Positions 56,653 through 64,000 of a stretch of DNA of 64,000 bases are shown here, piece after piece (the first letter of the stretch is position 1; every line of letters begins with the position of its first letter). The DNA comes from an uncultured Pseudoflavonifractor sp. (GTDB lineage: Bacteria; Bacillota; Clostridia; Oscillospirales; Oscillospiraceae): contig CANRZY010000002.1 of the NCBI GenBank assembly GCA_947644625.1, positions 2,878-66,877 of the forward strand, in the 5' to 3' direction. The notes under the pieces were generated by a model, which did no database searches, was not told the origin of the DNA, and was given only the letters and a program-made list of their open reading frames with translations. The position numbers and the translations under genes are program-made.

Positions 56653-58058
56653 TCCGGTATCCCCTCTATCCTGTCTGCATACTCGCTCCAGCCTTCAGCC
56701 GTTTTGTACGCCTCCACGCTTTCCGCCGGGACATAGATGGTAAAGCATATCGCTCTTTCATCTACAGATATAGGCGGACCCGATGTGGCAGGGGGTGTTT
56801 TTGGATGAAGATACATCTTCTCCGCTTTCAGCACGACGTCAAATGCATATTTCCCTATTGATTCTACCGTTTCCGGTATGTGGATCTCCCTCCAGTTTAT
56901 CGCCACAGAAAACACTCCATAGCCTTGGCCATTCCCATAGACTCCTAACCCTTTCAGTCCGGGGGAAAGAATAATTTTTTCAGCCGCCGTGCAGCTGAAG
57001 AACACACCATCATAAATATTAGTGACTCCTTCAGGGATCACGATCACGGTCGCCGCAGTGCAATATATAAACGCATCGCACCATATCTCCTTGCACCCTT
57101 CCGGAATTGTGATGGAGGTTATCTCTGAGCAGGTCATAAAGGCATTTTCATCTATTGTCTCAACCCCTTCCGGCAAGGATATAACCCGGGCCCTCGAACA
57201 ATACCCAAACGTCCAACGAGGTATAGAGGTTACACCCTCCGGCAGTATAATGGCTGTCAGCTTATGGGGGCTGTAAAACGCAAAGCCCCATCTTCCCAGT
57301 GATGTGATCCCCTTCGGCAAGGTCAGGTACTCCATACTGTAGCACATATCAAAGGCATATCCCCCGATCTCTGTACGCGCACCGATATGTACCTCCGTAA
57401 CAGCGCTTTTCAAATATTCCTTCTCCGAAAACACTGCTGTACTGCTTTCCCCGCCCAGTTTCAGGGTACATCCCTCCGCCACGGATAAGGAAATGGTATA
57501 CCTGCCCGGCTGGGCATAACTGTGTGTCAGGGTGCAGTATTGATAGCCTGTATTTACCGGATCCGTCTCCACCGGCGACCCATCTCCCCAGTCTACGCTC
57601 ACGCCCCCCTCCACCGTCTGGCTAAATTTGAGGGGCACGGTAAGGGCCTCGGGCTTGTCCGATACCAGATCCAGCTTGATCCTGGTGGCCCCATCGTCGG
57701 TGATGTAGATGGCACCGATGTTGAGATAGCCGTACTTTGCCACATAGGCCTTTGCCTTGTCCAGCGTATAGTTGTAACCCTGGAAGGTAAGCCCCTCATG
57801 CTTTGGCGGCTCGGGCAGCGCCTCCAGAAGGGCGAACTCCTCCGGGGTATATGTCTCCACCAGCAAGCCGTCATAATCGTAGAGGTTGACCTCCTTTTCC
57901 TTCAAGGGTCCCTTCCGGGCCTCGATGGCCCGGACCTGGTCTCCGTAGGCGGAGAAGGGGGTATCCTCCTCCACCTGCCGCCCTTTTTCCAGAAGGGCCT
58001 GCCGGATATCCGCCTTGGTCCCCGCCAATTTGGCCAGCTTGTCCGCAACGGTCCCCAT
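56649..58058 (-). CDS. BspA-type leucine-rich-repeat (LRR_5) protein with PKD-like domain, probable virion adhesin
   Basis: VDWGDGS...THSY; repeated I/LPEGVTxI...AF..C units. Confidence 0.85.
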   Translation of the reverse strand: MGTVADKLAKLAGTKADIRQALLEKGRQVEEDTPFSAYGDQVRAIEARKGPLKEKEVNLYDYDGLLVETYTPEEFALLEALPEPPKHEGLTFQGYNYTLDKAKAYVAKYGYLNIGAIYITDDGATRIKLDLVSDKPEALTVPLKFSQTVEGGVSVDWGDGSPVETDPVNTGYQYCTLTHSYAQPGRYTISLSVAEGCTLKLGGESSTAVFSEKEYLKSAVTEVHIGARTEIGGYAFDMCYSMEYLTLPKGITSLGRWGFAFYSPHKLTAIILPEGVTSIPRWTFGYCSRARVISLPEGVETIDENAFMTCSEITSITIPEGCKEIWCDAFIYCTAATVIVIPEGVTNIYDGVFFSCTAAEKIILSPGLKGLGVYGNGQGYGVFSVAINWREIHIPETVESIGKYAFDVVLKAEKMYLHPKTPPATSGPPISVDERAICFTIYVPAESVEAYKTAEGWSEYADRIEGIPE

Positions 58059-58312
58059 CAGACCACCTCCCCGTTGATAGCGTCAAGGGCGGCGGCAATG
58101 TCTCCCAACGGCTGATCGATCCTGACCGCCATTGCCTGCTCTACCTGGTCCATAGACAATGGATCTTCCCAGCCGAAGTCTCCATCCTTTGCTGAGAGCT
58201 TGGTCAGCGTCTGCCCTTTGATGCCTCCAGCAAGGATGGCTCCCGGCGTTCCAAGTTCTATCGTCTGCAACTCTCCGTCCATCGTTCTGATGGCCACCTG
58301 CCGCGCTAACAT
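58058..58312 (-). CDS. Small phage tail-associated hypothetical protein
   Basis: AAAGGAGG RBS; GGIKGQTLTKLSAKDGDFGW and GDIAAALDAINGEVV motifs seen in tail-region proteins. Confidence 0.75.
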   Translation of the reverse strand: MLARQVAIRTMDGELQTIELGTPGAILAGGIKGQTLTKLSAKDGDFGWEDPLSMDQVEQAMAVRIDQPLGDIAAALDAINGEVV

Positions 58313-58327
58313 GTCATCCCTCCTTTT

Positions 58328-59076
58328 CGCTCTTTGTTCCTTTCCGGGGCGCCGATACGCCCCGGATCGAGAATACACCAGTTATTGGTGGAATAACGGG
58401 ACTATCTTTTGATCTCCGCTCCTGTTACCGGTTTACGGCGATCCCTTGCGCTTCCGGTTGGGCCGCCTCCGCCCAACCGTACTCTACTCCATTCGTGCGG
58501 GTGGGTTCCCGCCTTATTTTCCCCCTGAGCCTTTCCGCCCAGGGCTATGTTTCGATAGTCTCTACACCTTCCGGGAGCCTTTCTCCCGGCTTGGCACGGT
58601 ATTTCCCCTGCCGCCTTTCGGCGGCGCCGCTGCGGGTTCTCTTGATTATATCGGACTGCTTCGTGGCGGCAATGCCGACGGCGCATAGCAGCGTTGCATT
58701 CCTTACCTTTTCCACGCCGACGGGCTTAGTTATTCAATTGTTTGCTGGAGTTGCCGTCCGCCCTTATCCCGTCCAACACCGTTAGCCCAGCTTATCGCCG
58801 GACACCCCCCGCCGTGAAGGCTAGCTGGGGTTCACAAGGTAGTTTTGCGTCTGCCCTGGTCAAAAGGTGTGGGTCAGTCACGCCCAAGGTAGACCTCCAT
58901 GATTCTGCCACGGATCTTGTCGATCTCAGCCGCATACATCTTTAGCATTGAAATCATCCTTTCTTTGTGTTCCAGGCCGGGAACGGCCTGGCCGTTAAGC
59001 GGATAGGTACCGGCATACCGAGCCTGTATCACCCCTCCTTTCCCAGTCTCGGCGCCTCGGAAAAGAACAAAGAGCG
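58328..59076 (-). ncRNA. Group I catalytic intron/ribozyme, intergenic, closed by 28-nt complementary arms (possibly circularly permuted)
   Basis: Core motifs in canonical order: P3 CCTTGTG(58839-33)/CGCAAGG(58450-44), GCTAACGGTG, AATACCGTGCCAAG, GGTGTAGAGACTA, GAGTAGAGTAC, AAAGATAGTCC; P7 GAGACTA/TAGTCC; P9 GTTATT/AATAAC; arms 59049-59076 and 58328-58355. Confidence 0.88.
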
Positions 59077-59104
59077 TTTTAAGTGCTATGGAAACGGACA
59101 GATC

Positions 59105-59374
59105 TCATCCAGCGGCCTCCACCGTCTTCCGCGCCAGATACTGCACCGTGTCGGTGGCGTGGATTACCTGGTAGCTGCCCAACTGCCCTCCAGCCTCCTC
59201 GATCATCTTCTCGATGGCCGCGCTGATTGCTTTTGCCTCCGCCGCTGCGGCCCGCTGCCGGTCCCCCAGCGCTTTCGGCAGCGTAAGGGACCGGATCTCA
59301 AACCCCTCGGGGCAGATCCCCTTGCCAAAGTCCACCCTGACTTGCTCACTCTGTACCTGTACCGCTATTCCCAT
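59105..59374 (-). CDS. Hypothetical protein
   Basis: GGAGGT RBS; 89 aa ORF in the operon direction. Confidence 0.65.
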   Translation of the reverse strand: MGIAVQVQSEQVRVDFGKGICPEGFEIRSLTLPKALGDRQRAAAAEAKAISAAIEKMIEEAGGQLGSYQVIHATDTVQYLARKTVEAAG

Positions 59375-59389
59375 GATCCTTACCTCCTG

Positions 59390-59926
59390 TTATTTTGTTG
59401 GTTCTCCGTACTCCAGTTCCATCAGCCGGTCCTCGTCCTCATCGGTATAGGGGCATTCCGCCGGGCCACCAGGCAGGGGACAGTTCCTGCACCCCTCCCC
59501 ACAGGGCAGCGGCAGGTGCCGCGCCCCCGTGCCATATCCCACCGCCTCATTCCGCCGGTCCGGCTCCGTCTCCGGCTCCCGTGCCGCCTCTGCCCGCTGT
59601 TCCTCCCAAATCTTCCGGTTCCGCCGGATCCTGTCCCGGTTTTCTTGCTGATAAGCATTGTAGTATGCCTTCATCACCTCCGGGACAAAGGCCCACTTCA
59701 GCTGCCGCAGCCGGGCGGAGTGCCTGGCATTCCACCCCGGCTCTGCCTGGATCAGCAGCTTACCATACTTTCCCCAAGGCCAGCACCGCTCCAGCTGTCC
59801 CCTCCCTCCCCGCCCGGCGTCACACCGTTCCTTCAGCGGACAGGACTTTCCGTGGAACAGCCCCTCGCACTGCCCCCGGTCCTTCTGGCAGATATACCGC
59901 CCCGCATACTGCTTCTCCCTGCCCAT
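59390..59926 (-). CDS. Cys-rich hypothetical protein (two putative Zn clusters)
   Basis: TAATG overlap with upstream gene; C-x6-C-x8-C-x5-C and C-x3-C-x2-C-x8-C. Confidence 0.65.
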   Translation of the reverse strand: MGREKQYAGRYICQKDRGQCEGLFHGKSCPLKERCDAGRGGRGQLERCWPWGKYGKLLIQAEPGWNARHSARLRQLKWAFVPEVMKAYYNAYQQENRDRIRRNRKIWEEQRAEAAREPETEPDRRNEAVGYGTGARHLPLPCGEGCRNCPLPGGPAECPYTDEDEDRLMELEYGEPTK

Positions 59927-61539
59927 TATCGCAGCCTCTTGATCCTGACTATCTGGCCCGGCCTTCCTCCTGTTACCGCCTGCCCCCCCGCCAGAGTGCT
60001 GTCCGTTGTGGGGATCACTGTCGCCGTCTCCTCCAGCTGCTGCATCGTCACGCTGCCGTCTGGTCCCTGCCACACCAGCGCCGCCCCATTCCCGCTGCGG
60101 ACCAGTTCCGCCGCCGTTCCCACCGACGCTGCTACCTCCACAGAGGGACCTCCCAGCAGGCGGTCAGGCCCAACCTCCCCCAGCAGCAGCACCCGGTACT
60201 TCCCGGCGTCCCCCTTATACCCGATAGCCACCACTTGCCGTTTTTCTCCTATGATGCAGGCGTTTACCAGCCCCACATTGCTCCTATAGGCCTGATCCTC
60301 TCCGCCAAACCACATAGGGGTCAGCTTACTGCCATATTCTCCAACCCAACTCTCCACCCCCACCAGAGACTTCTGATTGGGGCCTGACAGCCGGGCGATC
60401 CCGCCTACATAGACAGGACCGCAGCTGACCGGCCAGCCTACGTTTAGTCCTGTCACGCAGGCGCCGCAGGGCAGATAGCCCTCCTGGAGCAGGGGCAAGC
60501 ATCCTCCCGGCTCATACTGGTATCTCCGATCCTCAGCCTGATCCATGCTCATGCTGTAGTGGTCCTCCAGCGTCCATAACTCCAGCAGATATCTCCGCCC
60601 GTCATTCCCCGGATAAGTAAGCCAGACACCGCCTGTAAAGGAGGTGAGCGTCCAAGCACGGCTTAAGTAGATCCCTCCATCTGTGGGCGGCACGATAAAA
60701 GCGTCGGTAGAGCCGTTTGGCATTCTCACTCCAGCCCGCTCACCGGGGAGGATCGTCTTCTCCGCATATAGCCCCCCCGTCATGGTATCAGTGCCTTTAC
60801 TTCCATCCGCCGGAATCAGTCTTGGTTCCAGTCCCACCAACTTGATACTCCCGTCGGTCCCTTGGTATCCAAGAGACAGAAGCCCATATGTGGAGCCTCC
60901 GCCTCTGTACAGGATCTGCCTCTTTCCCCAGCTCCCGCACAGGTTCACCGGATCCTCATCTGTCCAGATATCGGTGCCGTAGAAGGTAAATCCAAGATCC
61001 TCCCCCAGTCGCCAAAACTGCAGCATACCGCTGGAGTCCTCTGGATATACAACAGCAAAAAATTCCATATCAAGGAAAGGGAATGGTATCAGAAGCGCTC
61101 GGGAAAGGGCTCTTTCCAGAGCCGGCGTTGTACCACCCAGCACCCAGTTCTCCCCGCTCCACCGGGCCGCTTTCAGCCAGGTCTGCCCGTCCTGGGCAAA
61201 GAGGGAGACCACTGCGTCTCCCACCCCTCCTGCCGCCAACAAGGCAGCCTCTCCGGCAGCCAGAGGCACCGCTGCCTCCCGCTTTTCCGGTTCCCTGGTA
61301 ACGGCCACCATGTCCCCTGGATAGATACTCTTATCCCACGCCGACGCCGGCAGGGACCAATCAGGCAGAAGCACCTCCGCCTCCTCCACCCGCTTGGCCA
61401 GGTCCGCAAGTCCGTTTGGCGGCTTGTCCGACGCCCCGACTGTCGGCATGGCTTTCAGCAAAGAGGCATAATCCGCCCGCAGCCGGTCCATTTTTGATCC
61501 GATGGCCCCTTTCCCCTTCTTTTGCTTCTTAGCCGCCAC
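59926..61539 (-). CDS. Phage tail-region hypothetical protein (beta-rich)
   Basis: Long ORF within tail operon; GTG start overlapping upstream gene end. Confidence 0.7.
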   Translation of the reverse strand: MAAKKQKKGKGAIGSKMDRLRADYASLLKAMPTVGASDKPPNGLADLAKRVEEAEVLLPDWSLPASAWDKSIYPGDMVAVTREPEKREAAVPLAAGEAALLAAGGVGDAVVSLFAQDGQTWLKAARWSGENWVLGGTTPALERALSRALLIPFPFLDMEFFAVVYPEDSSGMLQFWRLGEDLGFTFYGTDIWTDEDPVNLCGSWGKRQILYRGGGSTYGLLSLGYQGTDGSIKLVGLEPRLIPADGSKGTDTMTGGLYAEKTILPGERAGVRMPNGSTDAFIVPPTDGGIYLSRAWTLTSFTGGVWLTYPGNDGRRYLLELWTLEDHYSMSMDQAEDRRYQYEPGGCLPLLQEGYLPCGACVTGLNVGWPVSCGPVYVGGIARLSGPNQKSLVGVESWVGEYGSKLTPMWFGGEDQAYRSNVGLVNACIIGEKRQVVAIGYKGDAGKYRVLLLGEVGPDRLLGGPSVEVAASVGTAAELVRSGNGAALVWQGPDGSVTMQQLEETATVIPTTDSTLAGGQAVTGGRPGQIVRIKRLR

Positions 61540-62527
61540 CGCGCTCTCCCCCCTCGGTCTCCTTGCTTCCCTCCAGGACCTCATCCACGGCCATGTTGAT
61601 CTCCCCCAGCAGAGACCTCAGTTCAGCCATCTCCGCACGCAGCGCGGCCGCTTCAGACTTTGGCTCCCTGGCCCAGATCCAGTAGCCTGCCATGGCCGTC
61701 TCGTGACTTACCAGGGTGTCGTTCAGAATGTAATACTGCACCTGTCGATAAGTAAGCGCCGTTTTTCCTTCATCGGTGATATATCCCACCTCACGGGCCT
61801 TCATACACATATCCCGCAGCCGCCGCGCCAGATCCTCCAGATCGGACGCTGTAAACAGATCTCCGTTGATCGTCCGCCGCAGATTCCATGTGTGAAGCCG
61901 TCCAGGCGTCAGTATGGCCAGGAGTTGTCCAGTTTCCCCATCCACCTCCCGGTCCCCGGCAGAGAGCAGGTCTTTCAGTGTATAGGCATAGTCCGCAGGA
62001 TTTCCCTCCGTCACAAACAACATTTCGCCCGGCAGCAGACTCTCCACCAGTTCTGCCGGTCCGATCTTTGGCTCCCGTGCGAATCCCTCCGCACGCTCTA
62101 TATTTTCCACAATGTATTCTACCGCCGCTTCTGTCTTCGCCAGCAGCTCCTCCATCTTCCGTTCCAGCTGCCGCAGCTCTGACGGCAGGCAGGGCGGGAA
62201 GCCCTCCAGGCCGCCTATGCTGCGGGATACCCGCAAGTAAAACAGATCGCTGTGTACTTCTTTTTCTCCCTGCATTCCCCGGAGCTGGGCGGTATAGTTT
62301 CCCGGCTCCCCCATCATGTCTCTGGTCAGATCCACATAAAGCAGATCATCCTCCCGGTCCAGGGCGATCACATTCCGCTTGCCATCCTTTTGGATCTCCA
62401 GCTTTACATTCCACTCAGAACCCAGGTCGCTGTCGATCTCCAGCCGGTGAGCCAGATTTTCCCCCGCAAAGCCGATCCAGTCGTCTCCCTGGGGTACATG
62501 GACCTTCCAGTTTTCCAGCCGCAGCAT
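61529..62527 (-). CDS. Phage tail-region protein (BppU-like N-terminus)
   Basis: IGFAGENLAHRLEI...YTAQLRG...HSDLF N-terminal module plus coiled coils. Confidence 0.7.
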   Translation of the reverse strand: MLRLENWKVHVPQGDDWIGFAGENLAHRLEIDSDLGSEWNVKLEIQKDGKRNVIALDREDDLLYVDLTRDMMGEPGNYTAQLRGMQGEKEVHSDLFYLRVSRSIGGLEGFPPCLPSELRQLERKMEELLAKTEAAVEYIVENIERAEGFAREPKIGPAELVESLLPGEMLFVTEGNPADYAYTLKDLLSAGDREVDGETGQLLAILTPGRLHTWNLRRTINGDLFTASDLEDLARRLRDMCMKAREVGYITDEGKTALTYRQVQYYILNDTLVSHETAMAGYWIWAREPKSEAAALRAEMAELRSLLGEINMAVDEVLEGSKETEGGERGGG

Positions 62528-62530
62528 GGC

Positions 62531-62689
62531 CTATCCCTCCTCTTTCAAGGCAGTGTCCAAATTGGACACCACCCCCAGGATCGCTGACCGTTCCTCCTCC
62601 GTCAGCCGACCAGCCTCCGTCAACGCATCGATCCGGTCCCGTCCCCACAGCCGGGGATAGTATTTCTTCGCCATCTCAAACACCGTCAT
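62531..62689 (-). CDS. XkdX-like small protein
   Basis: Manual translation MTVFEMAKKYYPRLWGRDRIDALTEAGRLTEEERSAIL... Confidence 0.75.
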   Translation of the reverse strand: MTVFEMAKKYYPRLWGRDRIDALTEAGRLTEEERSAILGVVSNLDTALKEEG

Positions 62690-62916
62690 AACGTCACCCC
62701 CTGCAACGCCGCCAGGTAGTCGATATCAGCCCGGAGGCGCTCTGCCGCAGACGGCATATCCTCTTCCGCCTCCGTTACCGGCGCTGCAATGCCGGATAGC
62801 CATTCTCTGTAAGCCTCCTCTGAGATCTCTTCCATTTCAGGCGCATCATTATCCCGCACATCGCACCTAACATTCACGATATTTCCGCCTCTGTCGCGGT
62901 TGCAAAAGTAGCGCAT
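62686..62916 (-). CDS. Tail fibre-associated small protein
   Basis: EISEEAY...PSAAERLRADIDYLAALQGVTL typical of genes preceding xkdX. Confidence 0.7.
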   Translation of the reverse strand: MRYFCNRDRGGNIVNVRCDVRDNDAPEMEEISEEAYREWLSGIAAPVTEAEEDMPSAAERLRADIDYLAALQGVTL

Positions 62917-62926
62917 GGCTGTCACC

Positions 62927-63763
62927 TCACTCAAAAATATAAAATCTAGCGAAAAATGTCAGTTTCTTTGTGTACGAGGTAGATCCTGCCGCTGAACCTT
63001 GCGGGGTAAATCGGCAGGTAATTCCTGTACTGTTGTACGCAAAATTCCCGACATAAAAACCATAAGCATGAGCTGCATCAGTCGCACCTGGTATACTGGC
63101 TCTCATGAACGCACCTCCGCCGAACCCGTGCCAGCCCGTGTATCCACGTTCATCGCCACCATACCGGAATATCTCGCTATTCGCCCATTCCCCGCCAATA
63201 AGCGGAACAGTGACCCACTCCCCCGGCGTTGCTGCATCCTGGCCAGAAGCTCTAAACTCTCCGCTAACCGTTCCGGACAGATTGCTCCCTGTATAGCACA
63301 TATCCAGTATAACAATTTCCGGTTTGTTTGCGATGGATACTCCACTTTGTACCCAATTGCCACCTGTCCCTGCCCCAATTTTTGCGATTATCCGTTTTGG
63401 CCTTGCCGCCAAAGCCGCAGAAAAAGGGAACGTGAAATTGACGCCAGCTGTCGTGCCTCCCCCGGATGTAACAGACACATTAAGATTGGCGGCCATATCC
63501 GTTTTTGTAAGCCCACGCCAATCCACGATATATGGGATCCGCGCCTCGGCAAATACGCCCGAGGTAATATCCCCCGCCGCATGCTTATGTCCGGCCGCAG
63601 CCACGCCGGTAAGATCTCCAATGCCATGCTTGTGGGACGCCGTTGTGGTCTCCAGCTCCTTCAGTTTCCCGTCAATGGCTTCAAAGTTGTCATTATACTG
63701 CTCCGGGCTCACGAAATCGCTTCCCTCCGGCAGATATAGATGATAATTCTCCGAGTATTTCAC
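62927..63763 (-). CDS. Tail fibre protein
   Basis: N-terminal YHLYLP..DFV...NDNFEAID; HKH repeats; lower-GC C-terminal domain. Confidence 0.8.
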   Translation of the reverse strand: MKYSENYHLYLPEGSDFVSPEQYNDNFEAIDGKLKELETTTASHKHGIGDLTGVAAAGHKHAAGDITSGVFAEARIPYIVDWRGLTKTDMAANLNVSVTSGGGTTAGVNFTFPFSAALAARPKRIIAKIGAGTGGNWVQSGVSIANKPEIVILDMCYTGSNLSGTVSGEFRASGQDAATPGEWVTVPLIGGEWANSEIFRYGGDERGYTGWHGFGGGAFMRASIPGATDAAHAYGFYVGNFAYNSTGITCRFTPQGSAAGSTSYTKKLTFFARFYIFE

Positions 63764-64000
63764 AGGGTCCCTCCTCTCAATTCCTCCCAGGTCATGGCTC
63801 CCGCACTATCCCAGGTCATAGACAAGGCTTTTATATCGTCCCAGGTTTTCAGGGTGGACTCATACCCCACCCCCAGGTGTGCCGGTATGATCTCCGCGAT
63901 AGCCGCCTTCAGGTCGGCCAAGTTGGGAGGCAGACCTATGGCCCCCACAAAATGGATCCTGATCCGGTACTCCTCCGGGATCTCAGTCACCTCCACCTCC
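63760..64000 (-). CDS. Baseplate protein (YmfQ/DUF2313, XkdU-like), partial
   Basis: IGLPPNLADLKAAIAEIIPAHL...TWDD. Confidence 0.8.
   Translation of the reverse strand, partial: EVEVTEIPEEYRIRIHFVGAIGLPPNLADLKAAIAEIIPAHLGVGYESTLKTWDDIKALSMTWDSAGAMTWEELRGGTL

Larger units (their letters stand above)
53951..64000 (-). mobile_element. Prophage end (baseplate/fibre, LRR, lysis, morons), continues past window
   Basis: Gene content and order plus tRNA-fragment boundary. Confidence 0.8.

Noticed and set aside
58838-58858. CAGGGCAGACGCAAAACTAC resembles part of a c-di-GMP-I riboswitch
   Set aside because: The upstream GGCAAA/GNRA stem and downstream P3 motif are absent; the sequence is better explained as the intron's guide sequence and linker into P3.
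58402-58945. Short ORF-track calls overlapping the ribozyme
   Set aside because: No RBS or recognisable protein features; they overlap conserved RNA structural motifs.
58328-59076. IStron or homing-endonuclease-containing intron
   Set aside because: No tnpA/tnpB or LAGLIDADG/GIY-YIG/HNH ORF within or next to the core.
56649-64000. Diversity-generating retroelement acting on the LRR or fibre genes
   Set aside because: No reverse transcriptase and no template/variable repeat pair found by eye in this window.

Overview
This is a GC-rich Firmicutes chromosome segment that looks Oscillospiraceae-like (inferred from gene content). 1-46.7 kb is mostly ordinary core genome: recA, prmC, a two-component system, a Val-Asp-Phe-Gly-Cys tRNA cluster, hslO, rpmB, cell-wall hydrolases and SLH proteins, clpB/hsp20 with CIRCE boxes, a GT4-CsaB fusion, scfAB (SCIFF) and a large nucleoside/pseudouridine catabolism operon. 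GTAG-type REPs and MITE-like structured inserts are scattered through it. 46.9-53.9 kb is a head-less contractile-tail cassette (connector, sheath, tube, frameshifted chaperone, tape measure) opposite an XRE-S24 repressor. A tRNA 3'-end fragment at ~53.95 kb marks the probable att boundary of a separate prophage, whose baseplate, fibre, LRR, lysis and moron genes fill 54-64 kb. The most striking signal is 58.33-59.08 kb on the minus strand: an intergenic group I ribozyme core closed by 28-nt complementary arms. Its P1, P10 and omega-G elements fit a naturally circularly permuted (PIE-like) intron. That model predicts a 156-nt circular RNA carrying an RBS and a stop-free 52-codon frame, i.e. 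possible rolling-circle translation. The ribozyme motifs and arms are read directly from the sequence; the splice sites and circle are untested inference.
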